DNA of 64,000 bases from an uncultured Bacteroidales bacterium (lineage in GTDB: Bacteria > Bacteroidota > Bacteroidia > Bacteroidales > FEN-979), in assembly GCA_903913885.1 (NCBI GenBank), contig CAIWMX010000125.1, positions 71,461 to 135,460 of the forward strand, given 5' to 3'. The position numbers and the translations under genes are program-made. The notes under the pieces were generated by a model. The model did not search any database and was not told where the DNA came from. It worked only from the letters and a program-made list of their open reading frames with translations. Below, piece by piece: positions 36,204 through 42,590 of the stretch. Position 1 is the first letter of the stretch. Each line of letters opens with the position of its first letter.

Positions 36204-36905
36204 AAGACTGAACAGTTTGGCCACCACGAACGCCGCTGAAGCCGCTGCTATGCCGATAAACATCACCTTCAGCGCCCCCTTAACCGGGGGCTGTCCGGTT
36301 ACTTTGCTTTTAAAATAGCCGAACAGGAAAAGACAGACGACTGTAAGCAGGGCAGAGATCACCAGTCCCCGGAAAGGTGTTGGCGTGAAGAAGTAGGCCG
36401 ACAACGGGATCAGACCTCCAACGATGTATGAAATTCCGATCGTTGCAGCACTGTTTCTTGCCCTGTTGACGTCAGGTTTTTCAAGTCCCAGCTCATATTT
36501 CAACATGAAATCAACCCATTTGTCCTTATCTTTTGCCAGCTCCTCAGCGATGATGTTCTGCGTTGGTTCATTCAACCCGTATTGAGCGAATATCTGCCTC
36601 ACCTCCCCTTTTTCCTTTTCAGGGATGGTCTCGACCTCCTCGTATTCCCGCTTCAGCTCACTCTGAAAATGCTCTTGCTCGGTCTTCCCGGCAAGGTACC
36701 CGCCCAGTCCCATGGCAATGCTCCCCGCCACAATCTCGGCGATGCCTGCCGTGATCACCACGGAATTGTGCTGAACGGCGCCACTCAGCCCGGCTGCCAG
36801 CGCGAATGGAACCGTAAGTCCGTCGGACATGCCGATCACGATATCGGTAATGAAATCCGAACTTTTCAGATGCTTCTCTTTGTGCAATCCTGTTTTTCCT
36901 GTCAT
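36195..36905 (-). CDS. VIT1/CCC1-family iron/manganese transporter
   Basis: 236 aa. DIVIGMSDGLTVPFALAAGLSGA and C-terminal TM bundle are typical of the VIT family. The central cytoplasmic Glu-rich segment (FQSELKREYEEVETIPEKEKGE) is characteristic. Confidence 0.85.
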   Translation of the reverse strand: MTGKTGLHKEKHLKSSDFITDIVIGMSDGLTVPFALAAGLSGAVQHNSVVITAGIAEIVAGSIAMGLGGYLAGKTEQEHFQSELKREYEEVETIPEKEKGEVRQIFAQYGLNEPTQNIIAEELAKDKDKWVDFMLKYELGLEKPDVNRARNSAATIGISYIVGGLIPLSAYFFTPTPFRGLVISALLTVVCLFLFGYFKSKVTGQPPVKGALKVMFIGIAAASAAFVVAKLFSLLF

Positions 36906-37141
36906 AATATCCGGTTTATTGTGCCTGGTGCGTGTTTCGGAATTTATAAAAAACCGGCTCCGTTACCCGGCGTATTGCCCCGATCCAATGGTTATGCAAA
37001 ATAATCCCGCATGTTCGGGATTTTTGTCGTACCTTTAACCCATTCATTATCAAAAGATTTATACTCCCTTGATTACGCTTTGGCATGTTTGTTGTGTGAT
37101 ATTTATCAAAAGTATAACAAATTAAGCTCAAATGAATCTTA

Positions 37142-38683
37142 ATGAATAAAATGAGCCCATCGGATGAGGCACTTAAAAATTCGCTGTCGCTGCTGGAGGC
37201 AATCCTTGAGTCCATCCATCATGGCATCCTGGTTGTAAGTCACGATGGCATTGTACTCAGGACCAACACCAAATTCGCTGAACTGTGGCATATACCTGAA
37301 AATGTTCTTGCTTCAAAGCTCGACAGCACCCTGCTGGAATATGCAGTTACACAACTTGCCGATCCCGGCGAGTTCATGTCCAAGGTAACAGAGTTGTACA
37401 CACATCCTGAAGATGAAAGCCTTGACCTGGTCTGCCTGAAGGACGGCCGGATTCTCGAACGCATTTCAAAACCCATTTACCTGGGGGGCGGACCGGCAGG
37501 CAGGGTCTGGTCGTTCCTCGACATCACGCAGCGCAAACAGGTCGAGGAAGACCTGCTCAGGGAACAGTACCTGATGGCGGCCCTGATGGATAACATTCCT
37601 GATCATATCTATTTCAAGGACCTTTCAAGCCGGTTCTTCCGGAACAACCGGGCCCACCTGCAGTCATTCGGGCTCAGTGATCCGGCCCAGATGAAGAACA
37701 AATCCGATTTTGACTTTTTCGTTAAAGAGGCGGCGCAACCGCAATATGATGATGAACAGGAGATTATCCGGACCGGCCGGGCACTGAACAAGGAAGAACT
37801 GACCATCAGGAATGACCAGAGCCGGAACTGGTATAACACCACCAAGATGCCGTTGCTTGACAAAGACAAAAAAATCGTCGGCACCTTCGGCATCTCCAGG
37901 GATATCACCGATCATAAACGGGCGGAGGATGAACTCCGGCTGAAAAACGAGCAGCTGATAACTGCCAACACAGAAAAGGATAAGTTTTTTTCCATCATCG
38001 CCCACGACATCCGAAGCCCCTTCAATGCTTTCCTGGGTTTCACCCGCATCATGGCTGAAGAACTGCCCTCCATGCGGCTTGACGATATACAGAAGATGGC
38101 GCTCCTGATGCGGAAATCGGCCACAAACCTCTACCGGTTGCTTGAAAACCTGCTGGAATGGTCGTCGCTGCAGCGGGGGGTTACCGCTTTCAACCCGGCA
38201 TCCATGCCGTTATTGGCCAAAACGAAGGAAAGCATGGTGTTTGCCCTCGAAGCGGCCGACAAAAAAGAGATCTCGGTGGGTTATCAGATTGCCGGGGACC
38301 TGGAGGTATTTGCCGACGAAAACATGTTTGCCTCGATCATCCGCAACCTGTCGATGAATGCCGTGAAGTTCACCCTAAAAGGCGGGGAGGTTACCATCGC
38401 CGCTAAAAAACTGCCTGGCAATACCATCGAAATTTCCATCCGTGATACCGGCATCGGTATGAGCCGGGAAATGGTCGGCAACCTCTTCCATCTCGACATC
38501 AACACCAGCCGCAAAGGCACGGAGGGCGAGCCCAGCACCGGCCTGGGGCTGGTCCTCTGCAGGGACTTCATTGAACGAAACAACGGTAAAATCAGGGCTG
38601 AGAGTGAAGAAGGCCGTGGAACCACCTTTTATTTCACTCTGCCGGCAACGGAAAAAGCGGATCCCCCGGACTCTGAAATTTAA
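37142..38683 (+). CDS. PAS-domain sensor histidine kinase
   Basis: 513 aa. Two PAS-like regions, an H-box (FFSIIAHDIRSPFNAF), and HATPase_c N/G boxes (IRNLSMNAVKFT, IRDTGIGM, GTGLGLVLC). Confidence 0.9.
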   Translation: MNKMSPSDEALKNSLSLLEAILESIHHGILVVSHDGIVLRTNTKFAELWHIPENVLASKLDSTLLEYAVTQLADPGEFMSKVTELYTHPEDESLDLVCLKDGRILERISKPIYLGGGPAGRVWSFLDITQRKQVEEDLLREQYLMAALMDNIPDHIYFKDLSSRFFRNNRAHLQSFGLSDPAQMKNKSDFDFFVKEAAQPQYDDEQEIIRTGRALNKEELTIRNDQSRNWYNTTKMPLLDKDKKIVGTFGISRDITDHKRAEDELRLKNEQLITANTEKDKFFSIIAHDIRSPFNAFLGFTRIMAEELPSMRLDDIQKMALLMRKSATNLYRLLENLLEWSSLQRGVTAFNPASMPLLAKTKESMVFALEAADKKEISVGYQIAGDLEVFADENMFASIIRNLSMNAVKFTLKGGEVTIAAKKLPGNTIEISIRDTGIGMSREMVGNLFHLDINTSRKGTEGEPSTGLGLVLCRDFIERNNGKIRAESEEGRGTTFYFTLPATEKADPPDSEI

Positions 38684-39129
38684 AACACAAACGGCACCAG
38701 CCTGAAGGTACGCTTCATATAACCTTCATATTCATGGTAGGCCGTCTTCAGGAATTTTTCCTCGGTGAGCATGCGTGCAACGAGTCCAGCCGTGACCAGT
38801 GCGGCCGCTGCAAAGGCAACTGGTAATAGAAAGGAGACAGCCCCCACCCACACAAAATAGGTTACCGAAGCATAGATCGGGTGCCGCCACCACCGGTAAG
38901 GGCCGTTGGTCACAAGTTCACCTTTCGTGGTATTGGCCGTGGCATGAAAGCTCCGGAGTCCGAAGGTGATACGGGCCCAGACCATGAGCGCCGCACATAA
39001 AACCTGTACTGCAATCCTGATTGGATTTGCCGAAATGAGGCACTTATTCATGAGCAGCCATATAAGCCCTGCCACAGCAAGGAAGTAGGCGAGGATCGAA
39101 AAAAGTTTGAAGCGTGTGGGTTGGGTCAT
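38680..39129 (-). CDS. isoprenylcysteine carboxyl methyltransferase (ICMT)/phospholipid methyltransferase-family membrane protein
   Basis: 149 aa, polytopic. The GPYRWWRHPIY motif is typical of the ICMT/PEMT superfamily. Confidence 0.7.
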   Translation of the reverse strand: MTQPTRFKLFSILAYFLAVAGLIWLLMNKCLISANPIRIAVQVLCAALMVWARITFGLRSFHATANTTKGELVTNGPYRWWRHPIYASVTYFVWVGAVSFLLPVAFAAAALVTAGLVARMLTEEKFLKTAYHEYEGYMKRTFRLVPFVF

Positions 39130-39306
39130 GATGGAATAATTTGGGTGGCTTGTCGCTGGCTTGGTATCATAATGACAGGGTGTCGGTATTTTACTTACTG
39201 GTATCCTTTTGAAAAGGATGTTGCTATCAAAGGTAAATCTTTTTGATTAAGGCGATAAATGATTTTCATTTTTGTTAACTTGCAGTATCCCTGTAAATAA
39301 CTTTAA

Positions 39307-39314
39307 TATATTTG
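39307..39314 (+). promoter_or_regulatory. Bacteroidota-type -7 box (TATATTTG) upstream of the DGR target gene
   Basis: Exact TAnnTTTG match 110 nt upstream of the ATG at 39425. No -33 at ideal spacing. Confidence 0.4.
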
Positions 39315-39324
39315 TAAATTAGGA

Positions 39325-39352
39325 ATCGGTCAAATCCGGATATTTGACCGAT
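39325..39352 (+). promoter_or_regulatory. perfect 11-bp inverted repeat (atcggtcaaat-N6-atttgaccgat) in the DGR target leader
   Basis: Verified base by base. Located 11-38 nt downstream of the -7 box and about 70 nt upstream of the ATG. Either an operator or a 5'-UTR stem-loop. Confidence 0.5.
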
Positions 39353-39424
39353 AGGTTCTTTGGGGATTTTCGCAAAGTCGCAACAATACTAACAGATTAT
39401 ACCATCATATTACCAGAAAAAATC

Positions 39425-40240
39425 ATGGAAAACCCTGTACTGAAACAAACCAACACCGGGTACCAGTTGACCATCGGCGACCGGGCATTATGTAACCTGA
39501 TATCCATCCCCGGCGGCTCCTTTTTGCGTAAGGACGGCCAAACCGTTAAAGTGAATGGCTTTTGCATGGCACAATTTCCCGTAACGCAGGAATTTTATGA
39601 AGCGGTTACCGGAGCCAATCCATCCTCGTTTAAAGGTTCTCATCACCCGGTTGAATCGGTATCGTGGTATGAAGCCGTGAGATTTTGCGGGAGGCTGAAT
39701 GAAGAATTAATGAATTCAGCGCAATTAAAGGGGTCGGATATGTGCAAGTTGGTTAACCTGACCGACGAGCAATTAAATTCATATAAAATCAACCCGACAT
39801 CAAAGGGCTTCCGGTTGCCAACCGAGGCCGAGTGGGAATATGCCGCACATCCGACGGGTTTTGAAAACCCGTCGGATGTGGGTTTTCAAAACCCGTCGGA
39901 TGTGACACAACGCTACGCCGGTTCCGATATCCTTGACCTTGTCGGCTGGTATGACGGGAACAACGAATACGAATCCAAACCCGTCGGGCTAAAATTCCCG
40001 AACCAGGTTGGCCTGTACGACATGAGCGGCAACGTTTGGGAATGGTGCTGGGACTGGTCCGGGGAATATAACAACGACCAGGTTGACAATCCAATAGGTG
40101 AAAATTCGGGTGCGTACCGTGTTATACGCGGAGGCTCGTGGATCCTCAGTGCTGGGAACTGCCGGTCGGCGCGCCGCTTCAACTACTTCCCCGACAATTC
40201 CGGCAATGATTTTGGCTTCCGCCTCCTCTTCGTCCCGTAG
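39425..40240 (+). CDS. DGR target protein, FGE-sulfatase/SUMF1-type C-type-lectin fold, VR at the C-terminus
   Basis: FGE-domain signatures (IPGGSFL..., FCMAQFPVTQEFYEAVTG, HPVESVSWYEAVRFC, RLPTEAEWEYAA, GLYDMSGNVWEWCWDW, RVIRGGSW, FGFRL). The last 133 nt are the VR. No signal peptide. ATG at 39425 preferred over the track's TTG at 39344, which lies inside the leader inverted repeat. Confidence 0.88.
   Translation: MENPVLKQTNTGYQLTIGDRALCNLISIPGGSFLRKDGQTVKVNGFCMAQFPVTQEFYEAVTGANPSSFKGSHHPVESVSWYEAVRFCGRLNEELMNSAQLKGSDMCKLVNLTDEQLNSYKINPTSKGFRLPTEAEWEYAAHPTGFENPSDVGFQNPSDVTQRYAGSDILDLVGWYDGNNEYESKPVGLKFPNQVGLYDMSGNVWEWCWDWSGEYNNDQVDNPIGENSGAYRVIRGGSWILSAGNCRSARRFNYFPDNSGNDFGFRLLFVP
39848..39903. 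repeat. REP-like palindromic element, 1.7 copies, inserted in frame in the DGR target CDS
   Basis: 31-bp perfect palindrome CATCCGACGGGTTTT-G-AAAACCCGTCGGATG (39848-39878) followed by the partial copy gggttttcaaaacccgtcggatg (39881-39903). Encodes HPTGFENPSDVGFQNPSDV. A third copy lies at 42156-42186. Confidence 0.85.
40108..40240 (+). repeat. DGR variable repeat (VR)
   Basis: Aligns without gaps to 41868-42000 (constant offset 1760). There are 19 mismatches, 18 at positions where the TR has A. The 3' 32 nt, including the TAG, are identical. Confidence 0.9.
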
Positions 40241-40290
40241 TTTGATGGATGTTTATTTGGTTTATTCCTTTGAGCTAACAGGCAGTGAGT

Positions 40291-40352
40291 AAGCCAAAAA
40301 AATGATACGCGCGCCCGGCGGTAGCCGGGTAAAGGGTTCATTTTTTGGCTTA
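40291..40352 (+). promoter_or_regulatory. nested hairpin/cruciform about 50 nt downstream of the VR
   Basis: Outer arms aagccaaaaaaatga (40291-40305) / tcattttttggctt (40338-40351), with one unpaired base. Inner GC hairpin cccggc-ggta-gccggg (40314-40329). Confidence 0.55.
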
Positions 40353-40428
40353 TGAGCTCAATAATCCGCCATGGCGGAAAAAAAAATTTATTGCCCGCCT
40401 TTTTACTAAATTTAATCATTTGACCTCC

Positions 40429-40911
40429 ATGCAAATCAAATTTTTTACCATCCCGATTACCGCTGTAAGTGATTACAACGAAGAATTGAACGCGTTTTTA
40501 CGGTCACATAAAGTTGTTGAAACCGAAAAGCAATTGGTTCAGACTTCAAATGGCGACTACTGGTGTATCTGCATAAGTTATTTAGTTTCAGGAGTCGCTG
40601 AAAATTCTTCCAGGGAAAAAACAGATTATATTAAAACCCTTGAACCGGATGTGTTTGCCAGGTTTTCCCGACTGCGTGAAATACGCAAAAAAATTGCCGC
40701 AGATGACGGTGTGTCTGCTTACGTGGTTTTTACCGACGCTGAACTTGCTGAAATAGCAAAACTACCGGAATTAACCATGACCAGTTTGAAAAAAATTAAA
40801 GGTATCGGGGATAAAAAAACCGAAAAGTACGGGGCACCTTTTCTTCAAATGTTTAAAACGGGAAACGATGAAACGAGCAGGGTTACTGATGCCCCGGATA
40901 ACTTGTTTTGA
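40429..40911 (+). CDS. DGR accessory protein with C-terminal HRDC domain
   Basis: Start taken at MQIKFFTIPI (40429). The C-terminal FARFSRLREIRKKIAADDGVSAYVVFTDAELAEIAKLPELTMTSLKKIKGIGDKKTEKYGAPFLQMF fits the HRDC pattern (as in the RecQ/RNase D C-terminal domain). Overlaps the RT start. Confidence 0.8.
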   Translation: MQIKFFTIPITAVSDYNEELNAFLRSHKVVETEKQLVQTSNGDYWCICISYLVSGVAENSSREKTDYIKTLEPDVFARFSRLREIRKKIAADDGVSAYVVFTDAELAEIAKLPELTMTSLKKIKGIGDKKTEKYGAPFLQMFKTGNDETSRVTDAPDNLF

Positions 40912-41863
40912 TAACCTGGAACTCGCCTATTTTAAAGCAAAAAAAGGAAAAGAGGATAAGCTCCAGGTAATTGAATACAGGAAGAATTTACAGTCAAATT
41001 TAGCACAGTTGCAAGAAAAGCTGCTGACAGGGAACATTATTGCCGGGACTTATCATTATTTCACCATTTATGACCCTAAGAAAAGGCAAATCTGTGCGGC
41101 AGGATTTGGTGAACGTGTCATGCATCATGCCCTGATGAATATTTGTCATCTTTTTTTTGAAAAGTACCAGATTTTCGACAGCTATGCCACACGCATTGGA
41201 AAGGGCACCTATAAAGCACTGGAACGCTCGGCACAATTTCAAAAACAGTACCAGTGGTACTATAAATTTGATATTCGAAAATACTTCGACAGTATTGATC
41301 AGACAATTCTTCAAAAAATGCTGCGGAATAAATTCAAGGATCCTGTTTTACTTCATATTTTCGGCCAGATAATTAATTCTTACAACACACAACCCGCCAA
41401 AGGTGTTCCGATCGGGAACCTTACAAGCCAGTACTTTGCAAACCATTATCTGGGAATGCTTGATCATTATGTTTTGGAGCATTTACATATGCCCGCCTAC
41501 GTAAGGTATATGGACGATTTTATCATATGGCACGATGATAAAGATATGCTTAAGCAGGCAGGAAATAAAATAACTGCGTTTTTAAGTGAAAACCTTGAAC
41601 TAACCCTTAAAACAGCCGCGTTAAATAGTACTTCAAAAGGGTTGACATTTTTAAGTTACCTGGTGTTTCCCGAAAAAATATATCTTGCAGCCCGAAGCAG
41701 GAAACGTTACCGGCTAAAAACAAAAATATATACCGGCAATTTAGAAAAAAAAATATGGTCACAGGCAGAATTCCAGAGGCATGCAATGGCTTTAAATTCC
41801 TTTGTTTTTCATGCTGATAGTTTGTATTTTCGTAAACAAGTTCTTTGCAATATCGGGCAATAA
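40868..41863 (+). CDS. DGR-type reverse transcriptase
   Basis: 331 aa. The N-terminal ...CFDNLELAYFKAKKGK, KKRQICAAGFGERVMHHAL, PIGNLTSQYFANHYL ([I/L/V]GxxxSQ DGR hallmark) and YVRYMDDFIIW (YxDD catalytic box) all fit. An alternative start at M8 (40889) is possible. Confidence 0.92.
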   Translation: MKRAGLLMPRITCFDNLELAYFKAKKGKEDKLQVIEYRKNLQSNLAQLQEKLLTGNIIAGTYHYFTIYDPKKRQICAAGFGERVMHHALMNICHLFFEKYQIFDSYATRIGKGTYKALERSAQFQKQYQWYYKFDIRKYFDSIDQTILQKMLRNKFKDPVLLHIFGQIINSYNTQPAKGVPIGNLTSQYFANHYLGMLDHYVLEHLHMPAYVRYMDDFIIWHDDKDMLKQAGNKITAFLSENLELTLKTAALNSTSKGLTFLSYLVFPEKIYLAARSRKRYRLKTKIYTGNLEKKIWSQAEFQRHAMALNSFVFHADSLYFRKQVLCNIGQ

Positions 41864-41867
41864 TCGT

Positions 41868-42000
41868 GGGTACGAACCGTGTAATACGCGGAGGCTCGTG
41901 GATCAACAATGCTGGAAACTGCCAGTCGGCTAACCGCAACAACAACAACCCCGACAATTCCAACAATAATTTTGGCTTCCGCCTCCTCTTCGTCCCGTAG
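41868..42000 (+). repeat. DGR template repeat (TR)
   Basis: Non-coding copy of the VR starting 5 nt after the RT stop. Asn-codon rich in the VR frame (..ATC AAC AAT GCT GGA AAC TGC CAG TCG GCT AAC CGC AAC AAC AAC AAC CCC GAC AAT TCC AAC AAT AAT TTT..). Confidence 0.9.
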
Positions 42001-42155
42001 CTCAAAGGAATAGCCGGATAGCTTCCATCGAACAGATTATTGTCCCGGCCCGCTTTTTTTGCGGCAAATATGGCGCTCGTGCAGCGCTTCTTAACGCAGG
42101 GTTAGTAGCCATCGCCGGATAGCGACGGCGAAAGCGCTGTGGTTATTTTTATTCA

Positions 42156-42186
42156 CATCCGACGGGTTGTGAAAACCCGTCGGATG
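42156..42186. repeat. REP-like 31-bp palindrome (catccgacgggttgtgaaaacccgtcggatg)
   Basis: One mismatch relative to the 39848-39878 copy. Abuts the 5' edge of the transposase remnant. Confidence 0.85.
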
Positions 42187-42188
42187 CG

Positions 42189-42590
42189 ATCACCAAATTA
42201 AATTCGCGAACGTTCGGCAATTTATTTAACGCATACACCAAGGCATACAATAAGATGTTCCACCGCAAAGGCAAGCTGTACCTGGCAGAATTTGACCGGA
42301 GGCTGGTTAACAGCGACCAGTATTTCAAAAAGCTCGTTCTTTATATTCATAACAATCCCGTTCATCATCGATTTGCTTAACATTTGAGGGAATGGAAATA
42401 TTCATCCTACACCAGCTTTTTTTCTCTGGCGGCAAGCAACCTCCAGCGCGAACAGGTTATTGAATGGTTTGGCAACCTGGATAATTTTGCCGCATGCCAT
42501 CATAACGAACCGGGGGCGGAAATTGATTTGGATATGGATATGACAAACAATAACATACAACACCCATGCGATACACCTACGCGGAGTTAA
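42189..42590 (+). pseudogene. REP-associated tyrosine transposase (RAYT / IS200-like, COG1943-type) remnant
   Basis: One reading frame gives ...FGNLFNAYTKAYNKMFHRKGKLYLAEFDRRLVNSDQYFKKLVLYIHNNPVHHRFA*HLREWKYSSYTSFF... This pattern is typical of the C-terminal two thirds of IS200-like Y1 transposases. The N-terminal HUH region is missing and there is an in-frame TAA at 42378-42380. Confidence 0.7.

Larger units (their letters stand above)
39307..42000 (+). mobile_element. diversity-generating retroelement (DGR) cassette: target-VR, HRDC accessory, RT, TR
   Basis: See component features. VR/TR pair with adenine-specific mismatches, plus a DGR-type RT. Confidence 0.9.

Noticed and set aside
39344-39424. 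TTG start (track ORF 39344..40240) for the DGR target
   Set aside because: The TTG lies inside the right arm of the perfect leader inverted repeat (39342-39352). The ATG at 39425 gives a product starting just before the conserved FGE-fold core.
40868-42000. The RT as a retron or group II intron RT
   Set aside because: No intron RNA domains, maturase or endonuclease extension, or msr/msd-like inverted repeats were seen. The adenine-specific VR/TR pair and the IGNLTSQ motif point to a DGR.
41607-42005. 132-aa minus-strand ORF covering the TR, and minus-strand ORFs 39789..40094 and 39913..40182 over the VR region
   Set aside because: They are antisense to the RT 3' end/TR and to the target CDS. 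These open frames arise from the GC-rich repeat, and they have no motifs.
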